Positions 9,087 through 16,786 of a DNA stretch of 36,911 bases are shown in pieces. The notes under the pieces were generated by a model. It saw nothing but the letters and a program-made list of their open reading frames with translations. It was not told the DNA's origin and ran no database searches. A program made the translations under genes and the position numbers. The DNA comes from Candidatus Parvarchaeota archaeon (GTDB taxonomy: Archaea > Nanobdellota > Nanobdellia > JAAOXT01). The stretch is taken from the NCBI GenBank assembly GCA_017609605.1, contig JAFCDO010000006.1, positions 1 to 36,911 of the forward strand, given 5' to 3'. Numbering within the stretch: the first letter of the stretch is position 1; each line of letters begins with the position of its first letter.

Positions 9087-9467
9087 ATGGATTGTTCAGT
9101 GAAAATCGTTGTTTACGCTAAAAACAGTGGCAAAAAAGAATTCTTGCTGAGCAAGAATGAAAAAGGGTGGAGAATAATCCGGGGAACTGTTGATAGAAAG
9201 GAGCAGCCGTACACTGCTGGAATCAATGAAGCCAAAAAAGCCACGGGCATTTCTGGTTTTAAGCGTTACGAGTACTTGGGTGAGATTCATTGGGATGATG
9301 GGCGAAGCTGGGATGACGTTTTTAGCATGTTTATTGAAAAACAAGAAACTCGTCCAGGGAATGGTTACAAGGAGCAAAAATGGGTGGGTTATGCTGAAGC
9401 GTTAGCCATGTTAACCAAAGAAAGTGATAAGAAAGTTTTAAGAATGGTTAATTCAAAACCCGAATAA
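9087..9467 (+). CDS. Nudix-fold protein with degenerate Nudix box
   Basis: 'EFLL...GWRIIRGTVDRKE---TAGINEAKKATGI' and 'KWVGYAEALAML' follow the Nudix layout, but REUXEE is replaced by NEAKKA. Confidence 0.7.
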   Translation: MDCSVKIVVYAKNSGKKEFLLSKNEKGWRIIRGTVDRKEQPYTAGINEAKKATGISGFKRYEYLGEIHWDDGRSWDDVFSMFIEKQETRPGNGYKEQKWVGYAEALAMLTKESDKKVLRMVNSKPE

Positions 9468-10166
9468 CTCATCCCTAAATTTTTCGAGCTCGTCGTAATC
9501 GCTTGAGTTCAAAACTATGAGGTAGCGCTGCTTGTTTTTAACCACGTGCTCAAAGAAATCTTTATTCTTTTTCACGTCTGCCTTATTAGCGAACACTAAT
9601 GTGGAGCGCGGAAGACTTACTTCAATGACTTTATCTTTGCTCTCCCTCCAACCTGACAGGTTTGAGGAATCAGTGAATAATTTTATTTTGTGCTTGTCGC
9701 AAGCACTTTTCAATTCGGTAATGCTGAAATCATTAGCCCGGTAATGGTCTTGCGGGAGGGCGAGGTGCCAGCCTTTATTTGACAAGGCGCTGGCCTTGTT
9801 TAACACGTTTTTGAAAGAGTATAATTCGTAGCGGTGAACGACTTGCTTGCCTTCCTTATCCGTTACCACGCCTGACTTCAAGAGATTGATTGACGTGTTG
9901 TTTGTCTTCAAGTTTTTTCTAAGCGTTTCCACTTCATCGAAGATCATGTCAACGTCTAAGTCAATTGGTATGTTGATTGTCAGAGAGTATTGGATTCCGT
10001 GCTTTTTTCTCAAATGGTTAAAAGATTCTAGGTTGTGCAAAACGTATTTCAGTCCTTGGACTCCTAGGTTCAGGTTAACGTTCTTAAAATCCTTAAACCC
10101 TGGGATAATTTCCTCGTGCTTCAGCAAATCTTTCCCTTTAAGCTGAGCTGAAATCCCTATTATCAT
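9453..10166 (-). CDS. Hypothetical protein, possibly an alpha/beta barrel
   Basis: 237-aa ORF with alternating beta/alpha pattern; no catalytic motif recognised. Confidence 0.6.
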   Translation of the reverse strand: MIIGISAQLKGKDLLKHEEIIPGFKDFKNVNLNLGVQGLKYVLHNLESFNHLRKKHGIQYSLTINIPIDLDVDMIFDEVETLRKNLKTNNTSINLLKSGVVTDKEGKQVVHRYELYSFKNVLNKASALSNKGWHLALPQDHYRANDFSITELKSACDKHKIKLFTDSSNLSGWRESKDKVIEVSLPRSTLVFANKADVKKNKDFFEHVVKNKQRYLIVLNSSDYDELEKFRDELFGF

Positions 10167-10223
10167 CAAAAAATAGGAAACGCGGCTGGTTTAATAAGCT
10201 TTTTGCAACTCCAACGCAAGAAT

Positions 10224-10388
10224 TCACTCTTTTTTTTTCTTAGTGACCCATTTGACTTTTAAAGGCTTCCTAATCTTAGCGTTGCGCTCACACTTTTTAG
10301 AACAATAAGGTATTGTCTTACCATCATTCTTTAGTAGCGTGACTCCAGTGCCTTTTTTTATGGTTTTTCCGCAAAAACTGCATTTCAT
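10224..10388 (-). CDS. rpl24e: 50S ribosomal protein L24e (54 aa, absent from the ORF track)
   Basis: Manual translation MKCSFCGKTIKKGTGVTLLKNDGKTIPYCSKKCERNAKIRKPLKVKWVTKKKKE; CxxC...CxxxC and KW motifs; expected synteny. Confidence 0.95.
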   Translation of the reverse strand: MKCSFCGKTIKKGTGVTLLKNDGKTIPYCSKKCERNAKIRKPLKVKWVTKKKKE

Positions 10389-10395
10389 TTTTTTT

Positions 10396-10665
10396 TTATT
10401 TTCCTTTGTAAACTTTGAATAACTTTTCTTTAAAAGCTTTCTCGGCTATTTCCAAAGTTTTCTTTTTCAACTCTTTTTTAGGGATTGATTCAGCGACAAA
10501 AACTTCGTCTTTTTTTATTACGAAAACTTTTTCGCCGAGCACGACTTGAAAACACTCTTCCTTTGTTGAGAAAGAATATCCTTCGGCTACGCGTCGCGAA
10601 ACTTTTTTCATCACATCATCCACTTCTTTAGGTTTCGCCTGTCTTAAGCGGTAATGTTTGATCAT
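10396..10665 (-). CDS. Small basic hypothetical protein between rps28e and rpl24e
   Basis: 89 aa; ATGA overlap with the rps28e stop; ends 7 nt before rpl24e. Confidence 0.7.
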   Translation of the reverse strand: MIKHYRLRQAKPKEVDDVMKKVSRRVAEGYSFSTKEECFQVVLGEKVFVIKKDEVFVAESIPKKELKKKTLEIAEKAFKEKLFKVYKGK

Positions 10666-10952
10666 CTTCTCCTGCCAGTTAGTGCGCCGGCCTCGAATTC
10701 CGTGTTCCTGAGTAATAGTATGTCCTCAACCCTTACTGGACCTTTAACGTTTCTGCGCATAACCTTGCCTTGGTCTTTGCCTGCTAATATCTTGCACCTA
10801 ACTTGAGTGACTTCTCCTCGAACCCCTGTTCTACCAATGATTTCTATCACTTTTGCTGGAAAAGAACCGTCGTATTCCTCAAACTCTTCTGCTTCGGGTT
10901 TTATAATCTCTTTTTCAACTTCTTTTTTGACTTCTTTTTCGATTTTTGGCAT
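10662..10952 (-). CDS. rps28e: 30S ribosomal protein S28e with charged N-terminal extension
   Basis: [21 protein letters not shown] and [11 protein letters not shown] motifs. Confidence 0.96.
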   Translation of the reverse strand: MPKIEKEVKKEVEKEIIKPEAEEFEEYDGSFPAKVIEIIGRTGVRGEVTQVRCKILAGKDQGKVMRRNVKGPVRVEDILLLRNTEFEAGALTGRRR

Positions 10953-10970
10953 TTACTTGTTCTCCTACAC

Positions 10971-11321
10971 TCACTTTTTAAGCGCTTGAAGTTTGGTTTC
11001 AAGTTCTTTCAATCTTTTTTTTGCCTCGCCAGCTTCCATTAGCGCTACTGCAGCGCAAGGAACTTCTATTCCGCAAGCATTGCCTATCTCGTCTTTAGTG
11101 CTGCCTTTAATGCATGGAATGTCTTTTTCCTCGCATAAAGGGTCTAAGTGCATTACTATTTCTGGCGGGTCAATGTCGTTGGCCACGACCACTAGTTTAG
11201 CTTGTCCTCTTTCAACCACTTTCGTGACTTCGTTAACACCTTTTTTAATCTTGCCGCCAGAGTTCCTGGCTATCTCAATTATTTCGAGTGATTGTTCCAA
11301 AAGTTCTTTCAGTACTTCCAT
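10971..11321 (-). CDS. rpl7ae: 50S ribosomal protein L7Ae
   Basis: [40 protein letters not shown] motif. Confidence 0.97.
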   Translation of the reverse strand: [116 protein letters not shown]

Positions 11322-11447
11322 TGTTTTAATTCACCTCAAATCTTAAATCGATTCACGAAGATTTTTTTTTCTATTCGAAGAAAAAAACCTCGAAAACGAC
11401 TTCTCATTGGTTTTTTTTACTTAAACCTCTCCCTCCTTTTATAAAAC

Positions 11448-11723
11448 TTATGGTGTCTTCTCTTCTTCTTTTAGGCCGTACAAAAACAGTTTTATCATGA
11501 AGAAACCGATTATCGCGCCTGCGAAAGTGAAGATGATGTAAGGGAATGTCGTATCAAAAATGAACTTCAAAGTGAATGGCCATTCGTAAAAACTGTGATG
11601 AATATCGAAAAAGAATACGAATAAGAATGATAGCATTGCGGGAATGAACAGGAAAATCGCGTCAGCAATTAACTCCTCTTTCATGATTTTAGACTTCCTT
11701 ACTTTTCTTAAACGCTTCTTCAT
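11448..11723 (-). CDS. Small membrane protein with two hydrophobic segments
   Basis: Basic N-terminus followed by two long hydrophobic stretches. Confidence 0.65.
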   Translation of the reverse strand: MKKRLRKVRKSKIMKEELIADAIFLFIPAMLSFLFVFFFDIHHSFYEWPFTLKFIFDTTFPYIIFTFAGAIIGFFMIKLFLYGLKEEEKTP

Positions 11724-11791
11724 CAAGAACTAATTAAACAATCACTTATTAAAAAAGTTTTATAAAACCTTCAGGACAAAGTTAAACTCAA

Positions 11792-12487
11792 ATGAAAGTT
11801 GTAATTCTCGCTGCAGGCAAAGGAACTCGAATGCTTCCTCTGACCAAGGATAAGCCTAAGCATTTCATAAAAATCAAAGGCAAACCCTTCCTACATTACC
11901 TTCTCACTGACTTAAAAAAGGCTGGTTACAACGATTTCGGGATAGTAGTGAACTACCAAAAAAAGGTGTTCAAAGAATACGCGAAAACCTGCGAGTTCAA
12001 CATAACTATAATTGAACAGGAAAAAACGAGGGGCACCGGGGACGCCGTGAAAAGCGCTAAAAAATTTGTGAACCTTGAGGAATTCGTGGTTGTGATGGGA
12101 GACAATCTTTACAGTCCAAAAGACTTGAAAAAACTGGACAAGAAAAACGATTATTGCTACGTTGCAGGCAAGAAAAACGAGCGTCCAGAACTATACGGCG
12201 TGCTTGTCGAGGAACACGGAAACCTGAAAAAAGTTATTGAAAAACCCAAAAAATTCGTTGGAGACCTGGTCAACGTCGGGTTATACAAGTTCACTCCAAA
12301 AATATTCGACGCCCTGAACAGGACTGGTTTGTCTCCGCGCGGCGAATACGAGATAACAAGTGCAATAAACGTTTTGGCAGAACAAAAATTGGTGAAAGTT
12401 GTAAGAATGAATGGTTATTGGCTTGACTTCGGCAAGCCCGAAGACGTTGAAAAAATAGAGAGTTTTCTTAATCGTGCGAGTAAATGA
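11792..12487 (+). CDS. Sugar-1-phosphate nucleotidyltransferase (NTP_transferase family)
   Basis: VVILAAGKGTRMLPLT--KPK, GTGDA, MGDNL, EKP and SPRGEYEIT motifs; no left-handed beta-helix domain. Confidence 0.92.
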   Translation: MKVVILAAGKGTRMLPLTKDKPKHFIKIKGKPFLHYLLTDLKKAGYNDFGIVVNYQKKVFKEYAKTCEFNITIIEQEKTRGTGDAVKSAKKFVNLEEFVVVMGDNLYSPKDLKKLDKKNDYCYVAGKKNERPELYGVLVEEHGNLKKVIEKPKKFVGDLVNVGLYKFTPKIFDALNRTGLSPRGEYEITSAINVLAEQKLVKVVRMNGYWLDFGKPEDVEKIESFLNRASK

Positions 12488-14150
12488 AAACGTTCTTCCC
12501 GTCTTTACGGCAGAAACCATACCTTTCGAATTGAACAATGCTTCCAACCTTAAGTTTTTTGACGCTGGGCTCTGCCAAACACTTCTCTTCGCGAAGCTTG
12601 CTTTTCATGTTCAACTCCCCCTCAACCAGTAATGGTTCGCAGTGAATCACTGTAACCTCAACCGCTTCAGGAGCGACCCACTGAACCTTCTTAGAATCCC
12701 TAATTAGTTCTTGGCCAGAGTAAATCCACGAACCCCTTTCTTTCTTTATGTTGTACAAGTCTTTCAAACGAATAACTTCTCCTTTCCCAATTTTCAGGTC
12801 TTTCTTGTCAACGTAAAACACGCCTTCAGTTTTTATTTTTCTTGAACCCATTTTTTTGAGTGTCGGATGGTTCGGGATCACCGCAGTCTTTTTTGGAGCT
12901 TTTTTGACAATGATTTTCTTCGGGTTCGGGACCAAGAATTTTCTAAGCGTTTTATCGTTTAACACTCGTCTATTCAATGAATAAAAAAAGTTTATGTCTA
13001 TTTTTCCTTTAGCTTTTGATATCCCTACTTCATAGCACAGGGCTGCAAAAGTTTCCGGCACAATCCCTCTTCTCTTCATTCCAACTATTGTGGCCATTCT
13101 AGGGTCGTCCCAGCCCGTCACGACTCCATCCTCAACTAATTTGCGAGCGTCTCTTCCCTTAACAACAGCTCCTGTTATGCTGAACCTGCCGTATTCAACG
13201 TAGGTAGGTGTTTTGAAGCCCATTTCTTCTATGAGTTTTTTCTGAAGGCTGGTGGCGAACTCGTTAGTCCTGATGACGTGAGACATTTTTTCAAAGCCGT
13301 CTTCGAACGCTGCTGCGAAATCGTATGAAGGCCAAACCCTATACTTTTTTTTGGTCAGCGCGTGCAGGCGAGTGATTATTCTGAACATGGTTGGGTCGCG
13401 CAGTGAAGCGTCCTTGTCTTTCATGTTTCCTTTAAACCTGACAATAGCGTTTCCTTCCCTCGTGTCAGCGAGCATTTTTTTCCAGAGCTCAAAGTTTTTT
13501 TTAACAGGGTTGCGCCTGCAATCACAATCTTCTTTATCCCACCTGTTTTTCTTTATTTTTTCTCGAGTGCAAGTGCAAACGTAAGCCTTGCCTTTTTTCA
13601 TGAGCTCTTCCAGTTTATCGTAATAAAGAGTTAATCGTTTTGATTGGATTATTTCTTTGGAGTAATTGACGCCCAGCCACTTCAAATCGTCGCGAATGGG
13701 TTGGTAAAACTCTTTCTTAGCTGTCAAAGGGTTCGTATCTTCTAATCTGAGAACAGTTTTTCCTTTGTATTGTTTGGCGTATAAGTGGTTGCGCATGAAA
13801 GAAATGGCGTGGCCCACGTGCAAGTACTTCTCCACTCCAGGAGGTATGCGGGTCTTGAATTTTCCCACGACGATGTTGGGCAGGGGTGAAAGCCTTTTCT
13901 CTTCGACCCGCTTGTCCAGCGCGTGAGAGTCTATTCTAAGCAGTTCTTCTTTTTGCTTTTCCAAACCCCAGTCATCTACTTTTTTGACTGTTTTCTGGAT
14001 TAGTGGCAAGAATTTTTTTAGTTCGTGCTTGAGCTTCGGGTGCGCGCCGAGGAAGCCTGATATCACTGGTCCTATCGCTGGCTTGCCTTTATGCGCTACC
14101 GCGTTCTTCAAAGCGTACTTGAGAATGGTTTTCTCTTCTTCGCCCACCAT
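12468..14150 (-). CDS. gltX: Glutamyl-tRNA synthetase, archaeal type
   Basis: N-terminal 'KYALKNAVAHKGK', HIGH-like HVGH, LRLEDTNP, AYVC-C, RVWPSYDFA, GWDDPR and QFERYGF motifs. Confidence 0.93.
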   Translation of the reverse strand: MVGEEEKTILKYALKNAVAHKGKPAIGPVISGFLGAHPKLKHELKKFLPLIQKTVKKVDDWGLEKQKEELLRIDSHALDKRVEEKRLSPLPNIVVGKFKTRIPPGVEKYLHVGHAISFMRNHLYAKQYKGKTVLRLEDTNPLTAKKEFYQPIRDDLKWLGVNYSKEIIQSKRLTLYYDKLEELMKKGKAYVCTCTREKIKKNRWDKEDCDCRRNPVKKNFELWKKMLADTREGNAIVRFKGNMKDKDASLRDPTMFRIITRLHALTKKKYRVWPSYDFAAAFEDGFEKMSHVIRTNEFATSLQKKLIEEMGFKTPTYVEYGRFSITGAVVKGRDARKLVEDGVVTGWDDPRMATIVGMKRRGIVPETFAALCYEVGISKAKGKIDINFFYSLNRRVLNDKTLRKFLVPNPKKIIVKKAPKKTAVIPNHPTLKKMGSRKIKTEGVFYVDKKDLKIGKGEVIRLKDLYNIKKERGSWIYSGQELIRDSKKVQWVAPEAVEVTVIHCEPLLVEGELNMKSKLREEKCLAEPSVKKLKVGSIVQFERYGFCRKDGKNVFIYSHD

Positions 14151-14187
14151 TTACTTTATTCTTTACTAAATGGTGGGTTAAAAAAGT

Positions 14188-15525
14188 TTAGTTTATCTCA
14201 ATTTTTTGTCCGTTTTGCAGTAAGTGCACGCTCTTCCCGAGCTGGTAACCCATATCCTTAGCGAGGTTAGTTGCGCTGGCCAGTTTTCTGATGTCACCGT
14301 GGAACGGGATGTAGTGTTCTGGGTGAACGACTTTGAGTAAGTCTCTGTGGTCCTCTCTGGCAGCATGCCCGCTAACGTGAATGTCTTTGAACATTCTAAC
14401 CTTAGACGGTTTTAGTCGTCTCTCGAGTTCCGCGCGGTTAGCCTGGTTTACCGGGGCTGGAATGATTTCTGACGAGAAAATCAGTGTATCCCATTCGTCA
14501 AACGTGAAGGGAAGTTCTTTTCTGGAAATCCTGTCCAGCACTGAATGAGGTTCTCCTTGATGGCCTGTTATCACGACCAAATACTTGCTTTGGTGTTTCA
14601 TAACTTGTTTTAAAGCTCTTTCAATTCCTTTTCTTCTGCCATAAATTTCTGCGCCTTTAGTCAAATCAACTATGCCTGCGCGGTTAGCCGCGTTAATGTA
14701 CATGTCCATTGACCTGCCGAGAAAAATCACTTTTCTGCCCATTTTTTCGCCTAAGTCTTTGATTGTTTTTAAACGCGCGATGTGCGAGGCGAAAGTTGTT
14801 ACGAAGATGGCGTTTTCTTGGTTTTGAACTCCCCATAGCACGTCTTTGAGCATTTCTCTAACCATTGATTCTGAAGGAGTTTTGCTTTCCCTTTCTATCC
14901 TGACGGTATCAGCTATCAGGACTTTAACTCCTTCTTCACCAAGCTTCTTGAGTTTCTGCATGTTTGTCCTCTTCCCAAGAATCGGTTGGTTGTCCAGCTT
15001 CCAATCACCTGTGTACAGGACTGTTCCTGCAGGCGTTTTAAGCGCGATCATTACGGAATCAGGGGTTGAATGCGTTACGTGTATGAACTCAACATTAAAG
15101 TTTTTGCCAACCTTTTTTTTCGAGCCGGCTTTCATCACGAATATCTTGTTAGGAATCGGGTTCGGCTCTTGTTTCAAGCTTTCTTTAAGCACTTCCATCG
15201 CGAACGGCGTCCCAATTATTTCTGCGTTTGGAAAAACGCCTGCCAGTTTTGGGATTGCTGAAATGTGGTCGAGGTGCGCGTGGCTTATAAGTATCGCTTT
15301 TACTTTATCAATCCAACTTCCCATGTACTGATAGTCCGGGTAAGCCCCAACGTCTATCATGTCTTGCAAGGAATGTCTTCTTGGGTCGTACTGGCCGAAA
15401 TGCATTAGCACTTTCTCCAGGTTCCAACCCATGTCGAGAAGAACTACTTCTTCTCCTATTTTTACTGCTGTCATGTTGCGACCAACTTCGTCGTAACCTC
15501 CGACAGCCATTATTTCAATTTTCAT
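14188..15525 (-). CDS. rnj: Ribonuclease J (metallo-beta-lactamase/beta-CASP)
   Basis: VGGYDEVGRNMT, SHAHLDH, THSTPD, TGDWK, TFASHIAR, TGHQGEP, HVSGHA and P-HGD motifs. Confidence 0.94.
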   Translation of the reverse strand: MKIEIMAVGGYDEVGRNMTAVKIGEEVVLLDMGWNLEKVLMHFGQYDPRRHSLQDMIDVGAYPDYQYMGSWIDKVKAILISHAHLDHISAIPKLAGVFPNAEIIGTPFAMEVLKESLKQEPNPIPNKIFVMKAGSKKKVGKNFNVEFIHVTHSTPDSVMIALKTPAGTVLYTGDWKLDNQPILGKRTNMQKLKKLGEEGVKVLIADTVRIERESKTPSESMVREMLKDVLWGVQNQENAIFVTTFASHIARLKTIKDLGEKMGRKVIFLGRSMDMYINAANRAGIVDLTKGAEIYGRRKGIERALKQVMKHQSKYLVVITGHQGEPHSVLDRISRKELPFTFDEWDTLIFSSEIIPAPVNQANRAELERRLKPSKVRMFKDIHVSGHAAREDHRDLLKVVHPEHYIPFHGDIRKLASATNLAKDMGYQLGKSVHLLQNGQKIEIN

Positions 15526-15541
15526 TTTACTTTATTTTTTT

Positions 15542-16147
15542 TTATTTTATTGTTTTTTTAGTTATTTCTAAACTTAAATTCTTAGCGAATTTTTGATTAT
15601 GAAATGATTTAAGAACTGCGAAACCTTCGTTCTTCAACTGAGTCTTAAGTTCCTTAAGCGAAAATAAGTGATAATACCTCTTATAAACCTTTCCTTCGTG
15701 CTTCCAGCCCACGTAAAACACTTTTTTCTCAGGGTATCCTGAAAAACGGGGTTGCTCAGGGTTCCAAGCCATCACCAAGCTTCTAGACTTTTTTTTCAGC
15801 ACTCGCTTAACCTCTTTCCAAGGCGGTTTCTTGAAATGGTTCATCACTGAAATCATTAAAGCTCCTTTGAAAGAATCGTTTTTGAACGGCAGTGCCTGAA
15901 GGTCCGCGACTATCACCAAGTCATGTTTTTGTTTGGCCAATAAGGCCATTTGCTTTGAGAAGTCGATTGCAACGAACTTGTATTTTTTGAGCGCTGGAAA
16001 GTTTCTTCCGCTACCGCAACCCAAATCCACGAACCATTGTTTGGTCCTGAACGTTTTAACGAATTCCTTGACTTCCTGCAAGGGGTTGGTTCTGAAAACG
16101 TTCCAAGCACTTGCTATAGCGTCGTAAACAGGTCTAAGGTCTTGCAT
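15542..16147 (-). CDS. Class I SAM-dependent methyltransferase, Trm9/ALKBH8-like
   Basis: 'VYDAIA', DLGCGSGRN, 'DLQALPF' and 'W...YKRYYHLF' resemble tRNA wobble-uridine carboxymethyltransferases. Confidence 0.75.
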   Translation of the reverse strand: MQDLRPVYDAIASAWNVFRTNPLQEVKEFVKTFRTKQWFVDLGCGSGRNFPALKKYKFVAIDFSKQMALLAKQKHDLVIVADLQALPFKNDSFKGALMISVMNHFKKPPWKEVKRVLKKKSRSLVMAWNPEQPRFSGYPEKKVFYVGWKHEGKVYKRYYHLFSLKELKTQLKNEGFAVLKSFHNQKFAKNLSLEITKKTIK

Positions 16148-16194
16148 GTGAACACTTTTTTAACATTGATTTGTTATAAAATCTTTGCATAAAG

Positions 16195-16443
16195 TCACTG
16201 TCCCTTTTTGTGATATAACTTTAAAAAAACTATTTTGTCATCCTCTTTAAAAAAGCGGTATGATAATCTAAAAGTATGGACATAAATTTCTCGTGTGCCT
16301 TTTCTTGCGAACCTCATTGGATTCCCTATTTCTGAATTACTGATTATTCTGTTTATCTTTTTCTTTAGTTTTGATTTAAATCGGCAGTCCCTGATTTTAC
16401 TGACTTTTTTCTTAAAAGAATGGTCAAAGTAAACAATTACCAT
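16195..16443 (-). CDS. RelE/ParE-family toxin
   Basis: 82 aa, basic; 'GNPMR...GTREIYV-TFRLSY' and 'YHK' motifs; overlaps the upstream antitoxin. Confidence 0.85.
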   Translation of the reverse strand: MVIVYFDHSFKKKVSKIRDCRFKSKLKKKINRIISNSEIGNPMRFARKGTREIYVHTFRLSYRFFKEDDKIVFLKLYHKKGQ

Positions 16444-16706
16444 AATTCTAGTTCTTTGAGAAAGTCTTTGCCATCCAATCCGACGAATTCCCCTTTTTCG
16501 TATTTTCTGAAGGCTTCTTCAGTTTTTCTGGCAAATTCAACATCTTCATCAAAATTCTTGTCTGCATCTTTCATTCTTTTCATGATAATTTGTTTTCCTG
16601 ATTTGATTATGATTATTTTTTCACCTTCAACAAAGTCTTTCCTCATTTTTAAAGGAATAACTATTTGTCCTTTGGAACTCAGTTTTGTTACAGCAACTTC
16701 AATCAT
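16437..16706 (-). CDS. AbrB/MazE/SpoVT-family antitoxin
   Basis: TKLSSKGQIVIP--MR swapped-hairpin signature and acidic C-terminus. Confidence 0.9.
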   Translation of the reverse strand: MIEVAVTKLSSKGQIVIPLKMRKDFVEGEKIIIIKSGKQIIMKRMKDADKNFDEDVEFARKTEEAFRKYEKGEFVGLDGKDFLKELELW

Positions 16707-16711
16707 GATTT

Positions 16712-16729
16712 AGTAAGAACAATCTTACT
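16712..16729. promoter_or_regulatory. Inverted repeat AGTAAGA-N4-TCTTACT, probable TA operator
   Basis: Perfect 7-bp arms located between a TTATAAAA box (minus strand, ~16729-16736) and the antitoxin ATG. Confidence 0.65.
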
Positions 16730-16786
16730 TTTATAAGCTTTTTTGTATATAAACATTTTTTAATCATGTGTCTCTTGGTTAAGCTC

